Below, in pieces: positions 45,036 to 55,723 of a stretch of 64,000 nt of DNA. The notes below the pieces were generated by a model, which saw only the letters and a list, made by a program, of their open reading frames with translations, did not search any database and was not told where the DNA came from. Both the position numbers and the translations under genes were made by a program. Positions within the stretch are counted from its first letter, which is position 1. Each line of letters opens with the position of its first letter. The stretch is from an uncultured Gemmatimonadales bacterium (GTDB lineage: Bacteria > Gemmatimonadota > Gemmatimonadetes > Gemmatimonadales > Gemmatimonadaceae), in contig CAWKNZ010000002.1 of NCBI GenBank assembly GCA_963851265.1, positions 1,376,001 to 1,440,000 on the forward strand. The letters are read 5' to 3'.

Positions 45036-46025
45036 TCAGCTCGCGGCGAGCTTGCGGTCGGCGCGAACGGGTGGACGCGCGGCCGGCGCGCGTCGCGCGT
45101 CGGCGACCGGGCGCGGATACCGGCGCTCGATCCAGATGAGGATGGACGAGGCGACGTAGATCGAACTGAACGTTCCGGTGAAGATCCCGAACGCCATGAC
45201 CCAGGCGAAAGGCCGGATCACCTCGCCGGCGAAGACGAGAAGCGCGAGCGTCGCGCCGAGGGTCGTCGCGTGCGTCAGCACCGAGCGGGGGAGCGTCTCG
45301 TTGACGGAGAGGTTGACGAGGTCGTAGAGACTCATCCCGCGGTGCTTGCGGAGGTTCTCGCGGACACGGTCGAAGATGATGATCGTGTCGTTCAGCGAGT
45401 ACCCGATCACCGTAAGGATCGCAGCGATCACGGTAAGCGACACCTCGATGCGCATCAGGCTGATGAACGCGATCGTGGTGAGGATGTCGTGAGCGGTCGC
45501 GATGACGGCGGCGAGGCCGAACCGCCATTCGAAGCGGAACCACAGATAGACGAGCGTCAGGGCGAACGACACGAGGATCGCGATGATCGCGCCGCGACGG
45601 AGCTCGCTTCCGACGCGCGGGCCGACGGCCTCGGTGCGCACGACCTGAAACGCGCCGGCGCCGAAGCGTTGCGTCAGCACGTCAGTCACGCGTCGCGCGA
45701 CCGTCTCGGCGCCGTGGGTGCCGGCATCGGCGACGGCGGCGGCGTTCTGGGCGCGTAGCGTGAACTCGCGGTCCGACCCGAACTGCGTGATCTCGGCGTC
45801 GTGCACGCCACCCGCGTCGAGCGCCGTGCGCAGCTGCGCGACGTCGGGGTGTTGCTTGAATGCGAGCTGCATGAGCGTGCCGCCCGTGAAATCGATGCTA
45901 TAACGGACACCGCCGGTGGCAAGCGCGGAGCCGAGCCCGAGCACGATGAACGCGGCGGTGGCGATCGCCATCGCGCGCCACCACTTGATGAAATCGTACC
46001 GGGTGTCGTGGAAGATGCGCAGCAT
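45036..46025 (-). CDS. secF: Protein translocase subunit SecF
   Basis: IDFTGG, VGPRVGSEL, AHD, IGYSLNDTIIIFDRVRE, GTFSSIYVA. Confidence 0.96.
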   Translation of the reverse strand: MLRIFHDTRYDFIKWWRAMAIATAAFIVLGLGSALATGGVRYSIDFTGGTLMQLAFKQHPDVAQLRTALDAGGVHDAEITQFGSDREFTLRAQNAAAVADAGTHGAETVARRVTDVLTQRFGAGAFQVVRTEAVGPRVGSELRRGAIIAILVSFALTLVYLWFRFEWRFGLAAVIATAHDILTTIAFISLMRIEVSLTVIAAILTVIGYSLNDTIIIFDRVRENLRKHRGMSLYDLVNLSVNETLPRSVLTHATTLGATLALLVFAGEVIRPFAWVMAFGIFTGTFSSIYVASSILIWIERRYPRPVADARRAPAARPPVRADRKLAAS

Positions 46026-46052
46026 TGATGTGCCTTCTGGGGTGGCCGTCGC

Positions 46053-47846
46053 TCAGATGCTGAGCGCCTGGGCGGCGCGGTGGCGACTCAGCCACAGCAG
46101 ATAGAACGTGCGCACCACGAAAATCGCGGTGATCATCGACGCCGCGATGCCGGCGAGCAGCGTGACAGCGAATCCCTTCACTGGGCCCGTGCCAAACGTG
46201 TAGAGGACGAGCGCGGTGAGCGCCGTGGAAACGTTGGAATCGACGATCGCGGGGAGCGCGTGGCGGAAGCCCTCGTCGATCGAGGTCCGGACAGACTTCC
46301 CGGCCGTTATCTCCTCACGAATTCGTTCGAAGATCAGCACGTTCGCGTCGACGGCGATACCGATCGAGAGCACGAACCCAGCGAGTCCCGGGAGCGTGAG
46401 CGTGGCGTTGAAGCCGGCGAGCGTCGCGGCCGTGTACAGCACGTAGAGGATCAGGCCGCCGACAGCGAGGATCCCGGAGAATCGGTAGTACCCGATCATG
46501 ATCCCGATGACGAGCAGGACGGCCACGACGCCGGCGACGACACCCTTGTTGATCGAGTCGCGCCCGAGCGAGGGGCCGATCTCACGAGTTTCCGCGACCT
46601 TGAGCGGGACCGGGAGTGCGCCGGCCTTGAGGACGATCGAGAGGTCCTGCGCGGCCTGAAGCGTTCCGCCGCCGAGCGTGATCTGGCCGTTGGTGCTGAT
46701 CGCGCTCTGGATGGTGGGCGCGGTGATGACGCGTCGGTCGAGGACGACGGCCATCTGGTCGCGAATGTGACGGGCCGTTTCGGTCTGGAAGTGGCGTCCG
46801 CCCTCACGCGAGAGCGTGAAGTCGACCTTGTTGCCTTCCGTCGGGTCGCTCATCGGGCGGGCATCGGTGAGGTATTCGCCCGTGATGATCGGCCGCGAGT
46901 CGAGGGCGTAGAGCGTGCGGAGCACCTGCGTGCCCTGCACGAGTGTGTCGGCGCCCCAGCGCAACACCTTCCCGGGCGGCATCGCCGCCTGAACGGCCGA
47001 GTCGTCCAGCAGCGGTTGCAGTCGGAGGTAATCGGCCTCCGTCATGACGTACTCACCTGGATACCGCCCCGGGGCGACCGCCTTGCTGAACGCGCCCTTG
47101 GTCGCCGGCGCCTTGGACGCGCTGTCAGTCGCGGTATCGCGACGCGCGCTGTCGCGCACGGTGGTATCGGTGCTCCGTCCGGCGGACGCGACCGTAGTAC
47201 CGGCCTTCCGCGCCTGGCTCGCCGGGCGCGCGCCGGACGAGTCGCCGACGCGCTGCTTGACCGTCGTGTCGGCGCCCGGCGTCAGGAGGCCGTTCAGTCC
47301 TGTGGTCGTGCCGGTCGCAGGTGTGGCGGTCGCAGCCACGGCACCACCGGCTGTCGCCGACGCGCGTGCGACGAGTGCCGGGAGGCGCTGCGCGGCCGCT
47401 GCATCGAGCCGGCCGAGTGAGCGTTCGAGCGCCTGCGTCTTGTCGGCGATCTGGAATTCGAGGTACGCGGCCCGCTGGACGATCGCTTCCGCACGCGCAG
47501 GGTCATCGACACCGGGCAATTCGACGAGAATGCGATCCTCGCCCGCTTTCTGGACGATCGGCTCGCTGACGCCGAGTTCGTCGATGCGGTTGCGGACCAC
47601 CGTCAACGCGCGCTCGACGGCGTCGGGCTTATTTGCCACGGCGCCCTTGCTCTCGTCAACCTCGAGCGTGAGGTGGATGCCACCTTGCAGGTCGAGCCCG
47701 CGCCGGAGCGGAACGCGGCGGACCGTATCGGTCACGAACACGCCGTTACGCTTCACGCGCTCGACAACGGTGCGCGGGAAGAGCGCCCACAAGGACGCGA
47801 GCACGAGCGCGCCGATGACGAGCAGTCGGGTCTTCAGGTTGGACAT
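46053..47846 (-). CDS. secD: Protein translocase subunit SecD
   Basis: [55 protein letters not shown]. Confidence 0.96.
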   Translation of the reverse strand: MSNLKTRLLVIGALVLASLWALFPRTVVERVKRNGVFVTDTVRRVPLRRGLDLQGGIHLTLEVDESKGAVANKPDAVERALTVVRNRIDELGVSEPIVQKAGEDRILVELPGVDDPARAEAIVQRAAYLEFQIADKTQALERSLGRLDAAAAQRLPALVARASATAGGAVAATATPATGTTTGLNGLLTPGADTTVKQRVGDSSGARPASQARKAGTTVASAGRSTDTTVRDSARRDTATDSASKAPATKGAFSKAVAPGRYPGEYVMTEADYLRLQPLLDDSAVQAAMPPGKVLRWGADTLVQGTQVLRTLYALDSRPIITGEYLTDARPMSDPTEGNKVDFTLSREGGRHFQTETARHIRDQMAVVLDRRVITAPTIQSAISTNGQITLGGGTLQAAQDLSIVLKAGALPVPLKVAETREIGPSLGRDSINKGVVAGVVAVLLVIGIMIGYYRFSGILAVGGLILYVLYTAATLAGFNATLTLPGLAGFVLSIGIAVDANVLIFERIREEITAGKSVRTSIDEGFRHALPAIVDSNVSTALTALVLYTFGTGPVKGFAVTLLAGIAASMITAIFVVRTFYLLWLSRHRAAQALSI

Positions 47847-47961
47847 GCGCCTGCGGAGGGAGGGGCCGCGCGACGTCGACCACGCTCAGCGGCAGAGCCG
47901 CGTCGCGGAGGGCGCAACGTGCGGTGAATTCGGAGGTTACGGTCGGGACGAGCCGACAACG

Positions 47962-48918
47962 TTACCGGTACCCCGCGAGGGGGTCAACGGAGCCGCGTTC
48001 GTGCGCGGCGAGTGCGAGACGGGCCGCCGCAGCGTCGCGATCGAGTTGCGCGACCAGCGCTTCGAGACCGGCAAACCGCTGGATGTCACGGAGATGCGCC
48101 AGAACCGACACGCTCACGGGAGCGTCGTACCAGTCGCCGGCCGCGTCGAACAGGTGAACTTCGGCCGAACGCCCGGTGTCGCCGAACGTCGGCCGGCCAC
48201 CCAGGTTGAGCATTCCCGCGCGCTCTCCGTCGGGCAGCGATGCCCTGACCGCGTAGACCCCGTCCGGCGGCAGGAGTTTCCGCGCGTCCGCGAGGCGTAC
48301 GTTGAGGGTCGGGTAGCCGAGGAGCCGACCGCGCTGGTCACCGCGTACGACCGTGCCGCGGAACGCGTATGCCCGCCCGAGTTGACCGGCTACCGCCTGC
48401 AGGTCACGGCGGCGCACGGCGTCGCGGACCGTCGTCGACGAAATCGGCGTCCCATCGGGCCCGGCGACCGGTGGTACGACGTCGACCGCGAATCCGTGCG
48501 ATGCGCCGAGCGCCTGCAACATCGTGGCGTCGCCGCCGCGCCCGCGGCCGAACCCGTGATCGTGACCGACCAGGAGTTCGCGCATGTCGTAGCGATCACG
48601 CAAGATATCGAGGACGAACTGCTCGGCCGAAAGGGCGGCGAGCGCGGGAGTGAACGGGAGACTGACGACGCGATCGATCTGGGTTGCGACCGAGGCGAGC
48701 GCCTCGAGCTTCTCGACGCCGGGGGTGAGCAGCGGCGGGGCGTCGTCCGGGCGGAGCGTCTCGAGCGGGTGGCCGGCGAAGGTGACGAGCACGCTTCGGA
48801 GTTCGCGCGATCGGGCGCGCGCTTCGAGTTCGCGGAGCACGTCCGCGTGCCCGCGGTGGACGCCGTCGAACGTGCCCACGGTGATCACGGCGCCCCGGCG
48901 CCCGTTCGTGTCAGTCAT
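47962..48918 (-). CDS. ribF: Bifunctional riboflavin kinase/FAD synthetase
   Basis: GTFDGVHRGH, VGHDHGFG, ISSTTVR, GRLLGYPTLN, GVYA, EVHLFD. Confidence 0.95.
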   Translation of the reverse strand: MTDTNGRRGAVITVGTFDGVHRGHADVLRELEARARSRELRSVLVTFAGHPLETLRPDDAPPLLTPGVEKLEALASVATQIDRVVSLPFTPALAALSAEQFVLDILRDRYDMRELLVGHDHGFGRGRGGDATMLQALGASHGFAVDVVPPVAGPDGTPISSTTVRDAVRRRDLQAVAGQLGRAYAFRGTVVRGDQRGRLLGYPTLNVRLADARKLLPPDGVYAVRASLPDGERAGMLNLGGRPTFGDTGRSAEVHLFDAAGDWYDAPVSVSVLAHLRDIQRFAGLEALVAQLDRDAAAARLALAAHERGSVDPLAGYR

Positions 48919-49783
48919 GCAGGACGACGCGAGGCTGCCAGCGATCGCCGGCGCGGACGGCGACCGCGACGAGGCGTCCGGTCGACGCATCGGTGAGCGC
49001 GGCGCGATCACCGGCGATCACGGCCGGGATCGCGATGCCGGCGAAGATGCGTCGCAGGTCGGGTCCGTCGAGCGCTTGCGCGGGGAACTCCGGAACGGCA
49101 TCTCGAGCCGGATGCAGTTCGGCCGCACCGTCCCGGAGCGCGTCAACGCTCACCGAGTCGGCGACGTCGAACGCACCGCTGCGGGTGCGACGGAGCGCGG
49201 TGAGGTGCGCGGCGCTGTCCACCAGGCGCCCGAGGTCGCGCGCGAGCGCGCGAATGTACGTCCCCGGCCCGCAGGTGATGCGGACGTCGAGTTCTGCGAC
49301 CGGGTCGCCGGAGCCGTCGCGCGAACGCAGCAACTCCCATCCGTCGACGCGAACGCGCGCCGGCGCGAGCGTGACGGTCGTCCCGGCGCGCGCGAGCGCG
49401 TACGCGCGCTGGCCGTCGACACGTTTGGCCGAGTACGCCGGCGGCAGCTGATCCAGGTCGCCGGTGAGTTGCGCGACGGCCGTCTGGATCGCCGCCGCCG
49501 GCGGAGGTGGGGCGCGGCGTGCCACCGCGCCATGGAGGTCGTCCGTCTCCGTCTCGGCGCCGAAACGGATTGTCGCCTCGTACACCTTCGGGTCGCCGCT
49601 GACGTAGGGCAACAAGCGCGTCGCACGCCCGACGAGCAGGACGAGCAGCCCGGTGGCGAACGGGTCGAGGGTGCCGGCGTGACCGATGCGGCGCTCGCCC
49701 AACGCGCGCCGGGCGACGTTGACCACGTCGTGTGACGTGACGCCGGCGGGCTTGTCGACGAGGAGCAGGCCGTCGCGAGACAT
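48911..49783 (-). CDS. truB: tRNA pseudouridine-55 synthase
   Basis: DKPAGVTSHDVV, GHAGTLDPFATG, PPAYSAK, GTYIRALARDLG, LRRT. Confidence 0.96.
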   Translation of the reverse strand: MSRDGLLLVDKPAGVTSHDVVNVARRALGERRIGHAGTLDPFATGLLVLLVGRATRLLPYVSGDPKVYEATIRFGAETETDDLHGAVARRAPPPPAAAIQTAVAQLTGDLDQLPPAYSAKRVDGQRAYALARAGTTVTLAPARVRVDGWELLRSRDGSGDPVAELDVRITCGPGTYIRALARDLGRLVDSAAHLTALRRTRSGAFDVADSVSVDALRDGAAELHPARDAVPEFPAQALDGPDLRRIFAGIAIPAVIAGDRAALTDASTGRLVAVAVRAGDRWQPRVVLHD

Positions 49784-49793
49784 CGTGGCGGTC

Positions 49794-49829
49794 CGAACGC
49801 GGTTGCGAACGCCGTTGCGAACGCGGCTG
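49794..49829. repeat. Three 12-bp direct repeats between rbfA and truB
   Basis: CGAACGCGGTTG CGAACGCCGTTG CGAACGCGGCTG. Confidence 0.8.
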
Positions 49830-49842
49830 TGAGCGACGCGCG

Positions 49843-50253
49843 CTACGCCGCCGGTTCGCCCGGTTCGGCGGTGCCGCCCTCCGTCTCCGGCTCTTCCTCG
49901 CGCTCCTGGCGCACCTGTTCGAGCAACGTTTCGATGCGCGCGGCGTAGGTCACGCTCTGGTCGTACTTGAAGGCGATCTCGGGGGCGGAGCGCAGCCGGA
50001 GCGCGCGGCCGATGTGGCCGCGCAGATGTCCGGCCATCGCCTCCAAACCGTCGAGCGTCTCGCGGCGCGCCGCGTCGTCGCCGAGGACGCTGACGAACAC
50101 CTTGGCGTGCCGGAGGTCGCGCGTGACATCGACGCCGGTCACGGTGACGAGGCCGCGGACGCGCGGATCCTTCACGCCGTCCGTGAGGAAGGTGGCAATC
50201 TCTTCGCGAATGGCCTCCGACACGCGGTCGGGGCGGCGGTTATCGAACGGCAT
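49843..50253 (-). CDS. rbfA: Ribosome-binding factor A
   Basis: RRPDRVSEAIREE, VKDPRV, VTRDLRHAKVFV, LRSAPEIAFKYD. Confidence 0.95.
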   Translation of the reverse strand: MPFDNRRPDRVSEAIREEIATFLTDGVKDPRVRGLVTVTGVDVTRDLRHAKVFVSVLGDDAARRETLDGLEAMAGHLRGHIGRALRLRSAPEIAFKYDQSVTYAARIETLLEQVRQEREEEPETEGGTAEPGEPAA

Positions 50254-50279
50254 GGTCAGCTGCGGGCAAGGTGAGAAAG

Positions 50280-50332
50280 CGAACGCGCCGCGCGCGGAGG
50301 CCGTGGTGTGGCCCCCGTGCGCGGCGCGTTCG
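50280..50332 (-). terminator. Long hairpin between infB and rbfA (terminator or processing site)
   Basis: 23-bp stem with one mismatch and one G-U, 7-nt loop, followed by CTTTCT. Confidence 0.55.
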
Positions 50333-50339
50333 ACGGTGG

Positions 50340-53300
50340 TCAGCCGGCCGCCGCGCTCGCCTGGAGCGTGCGGGCGACCTGCTCGGTGCGGTAGCACTCG
50401 ATGACGTCGCCGACCTTGAGGTCGTTGTAGTTCTCGACGCCGATACCGCACTCGAATCCTTCCTTGACCTCGCGGACGTCGTCCTTGAAGCGGCGGAGCG
50501 AGCCGAGGTTGCCGTCGTACACTTCGACGCCGTCGCGAATGACGCGCACCTTCGTACCGCGGGTGAACGTGCCGCTCCGGACCGACGCGCCGGCGATGGT
50601 GCCGATGCGCGGGACCTTGAACAGCTCGCGCACCTCGGCCTCGCCGAGCACGACCTCGCGCTGTTCGGGCGCGAGCAGGCCTTCAAGCGCGGCGCGAACG
50701 TCGCTCACGGCCTCGTAGATGATGCGATACAGCTTGATGTCGACGCCCTCGCGCTCGGCGGCGGTGCGCGCCTTGGTGTCGGGGCGCACGTGGAAGCCGA
50801 TGATGATCGCGCCCGAGGCCTTCGCGAGCAGGATGTCGCCCTCGGTGATGGCGCCGACGCCACGCTGGACGATCTCGACCGCGACCTCGCCGGTCGAGAG
50901 CTGACCGAGCGCGTCGGCGAGCGCCTCAGCCGGACCTCCCTGGTCGGCCTTGATCAACAGCTTGAGGTTCCGCTTCTCGCCGACGGGCGCCTCCTTCATG
51001 AACTCCTCGAGCGTGATCGCCGACTTGCTCGTACGGCGGCTCTTGGCTTCACGATCGAGGCGCTCGCGCCGCTGGGCGATCTCGCGCGCCTGTGTGGCGT
51101 CGTCGACCTCCAGGAACTGATCGCCGGCCATCGGCACGCCGGTGAGGCCGAGTACCTGGACCGGAATCGCGGGCCCCGCCGACTTGACAATCTTCCCACG
51201 CTCGTCGAGCAGGGCGCGGACGCGACCGGAGTACATGCCGCAGATGAAGTCGTTGCCGACTCGCAGCGTCCCGTTCTGGACGAGCACGGTCGCGACCGGA
51301 CCCTTCCCCGGGTCGAGCTGCGCTTCGATGACGGCGCCGGTAGCCCGGCGGTCGCTGTTGGCGCGGAGTTCGAGTAGATCGGCCTGCAAAAGGATCTGCT
51401 CGAGCAGCGCGTCCACGTTGGTCCCGAGCTTGGCCGAGATCTCGGTCGAAAGCACGGTCCCGCCGAAGTCTTCGAGCACGACGTTCTGCTGCAGCAACTC
51501 CTGCTTGACCCGCAGCGCGTTGGCCTGCGGCAGGTCAATCTTGTTGATCGCGACGATCATCGGCACGCCCGCGTTGCGGGCGTGCGAGATGGCCTCGACC
51601 GTCTGCGGCATGAGGCCGTCGTCAGCGGCGACCACGAGCACGACGATGTCCGTGACCTGCGCGCCGCGGGCGCGCATGGCCGTGAACGCTTCGTGGCCCG
51701 GCGTGTCGAGGAAGGTGATCTGGCGCTTGTTGGGCAGTGAGACGTGGTACGCGCCGATGTGCTGCGTGATGCCGCCGGCCTCGCCCGCCACGACGTTCGC
51801 CTTGCGGATGTAGTCCAGGAGCGACGTCTTCCCGTGGTCGACGTGCCCCATGATGGTCACGACCGGCGGCCGCGTCGTCAGATCCTCTTCCGTGTCGTCC
51901 GGCTGCGGTTCGGTCGCGAGGTCGGCGGCGTACTCCTCCTCGCGCACGGCCTGGAAGCCGAACTCCGACGAGATCATGTCGATCTGATCGAAGTCGAGGC
52001 GCTGATTGATGGTCACCATCAGGCCGAGGTTCTTCAGCGCGAAGCCGACGATCTGCGTCGGTGGCACCTTCAGGATCCCGGCGAGTTCGCTGACCGTGAT
52101 GAACTCGTTCACGCGAACCGTGGTCAGCTCGCGCTGGGCCTCCGCGGCACGAGCGGCCTCGAGTTCCTCGCGCCCGTCGTCATCGCGGCGACGTCCGCCG
52201 CGCGTCGGCGCACCACGAAGGTCGCGGAGCGTGTTGCGGATGTTGTCGGCAACGGCGCCCTGGTCGACGCCGCGCTTCCCCTTCTTGCCGCCGCGGCCTC
52301 CGCGGTCGGCGCGTGCCGGGGCGCCCGGCGCGCCCGCGAACGGGCTGCCGAACGTGGGCGTGCCCGCGCCAGGACCGCGACGTTCGTCGGGGCGACGTGC
52401 ACCGGGCGAGGCCGACGCGACGGGGGTCGCGGTGCGCGGCGATCCCGGCGTGATCGGCCGCGGACGCGGCGCGGCAGGCGTGATCGGACGCGGACGCGGG
52501 CCATCGATCGGCGGTGCACCCGGCGGCGTGGCCGTCGGCGGAGCGGCCGGCGACGCAGTCGCGACCGGTGCAGGACGGACAGGCGGCGGCGTGGCTGGCC
52601 GCTGGGGCACGTACGCAGGCGCCGGGCGGTCGCCGCCGCGTGACGGCGCGCTCGGGCCGGAGTTCGGCGTCGCCGGCGCACGATCGGCGCGCGGCGCCGC
52701 AGCGGCCGCTTCGGCCGCCTGCGCCGCGACACGCATGGCCTCGACGTCGGCGCGCTCACGGTCGGCGCGCTCACGATCGGCACCGGCGTTCGGCGCGACG
52801 GCGATGATGTCGGGCCGCGAGTCGGCCGGCTCGGCCGCGGGCTCGGGAGCCGGTGGCGCGGACACGGTCTGCGCCAGCGTCGGCTCGGCGCGCGCCGGCT
52901 GAAGAACCGGAACGACGTTCGCGGGGGCCACGGGGGTCGGGCGCGGCGCTTCGGGCGGCTGGGCTGCCGGCCGCGCTGCGACCGGGCTCGGCGCCGCGGG
53001 CGGTGGCGCGTCCGCAGCAGCCGGCGTGGCGACGGCGGCCGCCGGAGCGGCGGATGCCATCGCGGTCGGCGCCGGCTCAGGCGTGGCAGCTGCGTCGACA
53101 GCATCGGCCGTGAGCGCCTCGTCGTGCGCCAGCACGCCGTTGCTGGACTCTGCCTCGACCGCGCGCACGCGGCGGCGGACGCCCGCCGCGGCCGGCGGCT
53201 CGGGAGCGACGGCGACCGGTTCGGGCGCGGCCTTACGCCGACGCGACGGCGCGGGTGCGGCGGCCTGCGCCGCAGCCGTGGCGCGCGTGCGCTTCTCGCG

Positions 53301-53453
53301 CTCCCATCGGGCGCGGACGCGCGAGATCTGGTCGTCCGAGAGCACCGTTTGCGGGCCGCGGGCCACCGGAATTTCCATGACTCGGAGAAGCGACAGCACC
53401 TCCTCCGAGCCAACCTTCAGATCGCCTGCCAGTTCGTCGACGCGCTTGCTCAA
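50340..53453 (-). CDS. infB: Translation initiation factor IF-2
   Basis: RPPVVTIMGHVDHGKTSLLD, GGITQHIGAY, DTPGHEAF, NKID, ECGIG; long Pro/Ala N-terminal linker. Confidence 0.97.
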   Translation of the reverse strand: MSKRVDELAGDLKVGSEEVLSLLRVMEIPVARGPQTVLSDDQISRVRARWEREKRTRATAAAQAAAPAPSRRRKAAPEPVAVAPEPPAAAGVRRRVRAVEAESSNGVLAHDEALTADAVDAAATPEPAPTAMASAAPAAAVATPAAADAPPPAAPSPVAARPAAQPPEAPRPTPVAPANVVPVLQPARAEPTLAQTVSAPPAPEPAAEPADSRPDIIAVAPNAGADRERADRERADVEAMRVAAQAAEAAAAAPRADRAPATPNSGPSAPSRGGDRPAPAYVPQRPATPPPVRPAPVATASPAAPPTATPPGAPPIDGPRPRPITPAAPRPRPITPGSPRTATPVASASPGARRPDERRGPGAGTPTFGSPFAGAPGAPARADRGGRGGKKGKRGVDQGAVADNIRNTLRDLRGAPTRGGRRRDDDGREELEAARAAEAQRELTTVRVNEFITVSELAGILKVPPTQIVGFALKNLGLMVTINQRLDFDQIDMISSEFGFQAVREEEYAADLATEPQPDDTEEDLTTRPPVVTIMGHVDHGKTSLLDYIRKANVVAGEAGGITQHIGAYHVSLPNKRQITFLDTPGHEAFTAMRARGAQVTDIVVLVVAADDGLMPQTVEAISHARNAGVPMIVAINKIDLPQANALRVKQELLQQNVVLEDFGGTVLSTEISAKLGTNVDALLEQILLQADLLELRANSDRRATGAVIEAQLDPGKGPVATVLVQNGTLRVGNDFICGMYSGRVRALLDERGKIVKSAGPAIPVQVLGLTGVPMAGDQFLEVDDATQAREIAQRRERLDREAKSRRTSKSAITLEEFMKEAPVGEKRNLKLLIKADQGGPAEALADALGQLSTGEVAVEIVQRGVGAITEGDILLAKASGAIIIGFHVRPDTKARTAAEREGVDIKLYRIIYEAVSDVRAALEGLLAPEQREVVLGEAEVRELFKVPRIGTIAGASVRSGTFTRGTKVRVIRDGVEVYDGNLGSLRRFKDDVREVKEGFECGIGVENYNDLKVGDVIECYRTEQVARTLQASAAAG

Positions 53454-53878
53454 TCCACCCTCCTGAAGTCCCGGCGCGACCGCCCGGCGTGGGCGCCGCG
53501 ACCAGGGACCGTCCCGGTACGTCCGTCGTCGGACGACCCCGGGGCGCCACGCTCGGCGCCCTGGTCCTGTTGTATACCCCGGGCGAGGTTGGCGTCGGTC
53601 ACGCCCACCACCGCCGTCGTTTCCCGCCCGACCGCCTGCCCGAGCACCGCGGCCGACGGTCCCTCGACTATCGGCACGCCGCGCGCGGCGAGCAGCGGCC
53701 GCACCTTATGCAAACTGTGCTGCGAAGCGTCCGGCGCAACCACCGCGAGCTGCAAGGTGCCCCGGCCGACGGCTTCGCGCACCCGCTCAACGCCGACGAC
53801 CGCCCCGCGCGAACGCACGCCCAACCCGAGGAGCCGCAGCATCCGAGTAGTACGCGCGTCCGGCGGTGCGTCACTCAC
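53450..53878 (-). CDS. L7Ae/YlxQ family RNA-binding protein
   Basis: LLGLGVRSRGAVVG, VVAPDAS, LGQAVGR..VVGVTDANLA. Confidence 0.85.
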   Translation of the reverse strand: MSDAPPDARTTRMLRLLGLGVRSRGAVVGVERVREAVGRGTLQLAVVAPDASQHSLHKVRPLLAARGVPIVEGPSAAVLGQAVGRETTAVVGVTDANLARGIQQDQGAERGAPGSSDDGRTGTVPGRGAHAGRSRRDFRRVD

Positions 53879-53890
53879 CCGAGCACCCGA

Positions 53891-55222
53891 TCAGCTGCCG
53901 ACTGCGGAACTGGTACCCGCGTCGTCCTCGTCCGCCTCACCTTCGGTCGTGAGTGACTCCACGAGCGCGACCAGGTGGTCAGCCTCGGCCGGCGCGATGC
54001 CCGGCAGCCGGAGAAAATCGTCGCGGTCGAGATCGAGGATGTCGTCCAGCGTACGGTAGCCGCCCGCTTCGAGAACCGCGACCACCGCGGGCTCGATGCC
54101 GGCGATGTCGCCGAGCGGCACGTCACTCACATCCTCGGACTCGGGCTGGGGCGCGACCGGCTCGGGCGCGCGGTCGGTCCACTCGCGGCTCGAGTAAAGG
54201 TCGAGCTTCCACCCGGTCAGCTCGGACGCGAGCCGCACGTTCTGGCCATTGCGGCCGATCGCGAGCGACAGCTGATCGTCGTCGACGATGACCTGGATGG
54301 TCTTGGCGGCGTGATCGCTGTAGACGCGCGCGACCTTGGCCGGCGCGAGCGCGAGCTTCGCGAAGCGCTCCGGATCTGCCGACCAGGGGACGATGTCGAT
54401 GCGCTCGCCGCCAAGTTCGTTGACGACGGTCTGCACGCGAGCGCCCTTGAGGCCGACGCACGCGCCGACCGGGTCGACCGCGTCGTCGCGCGAGAAAACC
54501 GCGATCTTCGTCCGGCTGCCGACCTCGCGCGCGGCGGCGCGGATCTCGACGATACCCTGCTGGATTTCGGGCACCTCGAGGCGAAAGAGCGCCTGCACGA
54601 AGAGGGCGTCGGCGCGACTCAGCACGAGCCGCGGACCCTTGGGCGTGTCCTCGACTCGCTTCAGGACGGCGCGGATCGTCTCGCCCTGGTGGGCGTGCTC
54701 GCGGTGGTTCTGCTCGCGATATGGGATGATCGCCTCCGCCTCGCGGAAGCGGGTCAACATCAGGACGATCTTTCCGCGCTCGATCTGCTGGACCTCGCCC
54801 GACAGGAGCTCCCCGACCTTGGACGAGAACTCGTCCTTGATGCGCGTGCGCTCGCCCTCGCGAACACGCTGAACGATGCGCTGCTTCGCCGCCTGCACGG
54901 CCGCGCGGCCGAACTCGTGGAACGGCACCTCGCGCTCGTAAACGTCGCCGACCTGGAATTCCTCGTCCATGAGGCGGGCCTCGTCGAGCGAGATCTCGCG
55001 GGCGGGGTCTTCGGGCTCGGCGGCGACGGTCTTCAGCATGACGACGCGAATGCCGCCGGTCGCGTCATCGATGTCGACCTCGGCCTGCACGGTCGGTCCG
55101 TACTTCTTTTGCAGGGCGGCAAGGATGCCGTCCTGCAGAAGCGCGAACAGCTCGGCGCGGTCGAGCTGCTTCGCGTTCGTCAGCTCGCGGATCGCGGTGA
55201 GGACGTCGGGGGAGACGGCCAT
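53891..55222 (-). CDS. nusA: Transcription factor NusA
   Basis: FGRAAVQAAKQ, EVPEI, DPVGACVG, GERIDI, LSLAIGRNGQNVRLA. Confidence 0.97.
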   Translation of the reverse strand: MAVSPDVLTAIRELTNAKQLDRAELFALLQDGILAALQKKYGPTVQAEVDIDDATGGIRVVMLKTVAAEPEDPAREISLDEARLMDEEFQVGDVYEREVPFHEFGRAAVQAAKQRIVQRVREGERTRIKDEFSSKVGELLSGEVQQIERGKIVLMLTRFREAEAIIPYREQNHREHAHQGETIRAVLKRVEDTPKGPRLVLSRADALFVQALFRLEVPEIQQGIVEIRAAAREVGSRTKIAVFSRDDAVDPVGACVGLKGARVQTVVNELGGERIDIVPWSADPERFAKLALAPAKVARVYSDHAAKTIQVIVDDDQLSLAIGRNGQNVRLASELTGWKLDLYSSREWTDRAPEPVAPQPESEDVSDVPLGDIAGIEPAVVAVLEAGGYRTLDDILDLDRDDFLRLPGIAPAEADHLVALVESLTTEGEADEDDAGTSSAVGS

Positions 55223-55225
55223 GGA

Positions 55226-55702
55226 TCACTCCTTCCTTGAATTCCAGTGAAACGCGAGGCGAGCCTGCGTCACATCGCCGAGCGGGAGTTGGTGCTCCTC
55301 GCCGCGCGCGTCGCGCACGACCGCGACCTCCGACCCGGGCTCGCCCTCAAGCGCGACGAGAGTGACCTCGGCGCGCCCACCCGGGAGGGGCGCGGCCGTC
55401 ACGAGCGCAGGCTGTCCGGCGAACCGACGCCAGTCGTCCGGCCGCCGAAGCGCACGTTCGATCCCAGGGGACGAGACCTCGAGGACGTAGCGATCACCGA
55501 CGAGTCCGCCCTCGTCCAACCGGGCCTCGATCGCGCGCGATGCGCGGGCGCAGTCGTCGATGGTGACCGACGAGCCGTCGGCGCGCTCGACGCGAACGTC
55601 GAGAACCGGCCGGCTGCGACTGCCACGGCGGCGGAGTTCGACCAACTCGAAGCCAAGTGCCGCAACTGCTTCGAGCACAACGGGTTCGAGGAGATCGCTC
55701 AC
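55226..55702 (-). CDS. rimP: Ribosome maturation factor RimP
   Basis: VTIDDCARASR, YVLEVSSPGIERAL. Confidence 0.95.
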   Translation of the reverse strand: MSDLLEPVVLEAVAALGFELVELRRRGSRSRPVLDVRVERADGSSVTIDDCARASRAIEARLDEGGLVGDRYVLEVSSPGIERALRRPDDWRRFAGQPALVTAAPLPGGRAEVTLVALEGEPGSEVAVVRDARGEEHQLPLGDVTQARLAFHWNSRKE

Positions 55703-55723
55703 AATCGACGAGAACTAGAGGGC

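Noticed and set aside
43600..49829. Short direct repeats as CRISPR-like arrays
   Set aside because: Contiguous tandem units without spacers, only 2-3 copies, no cas genes
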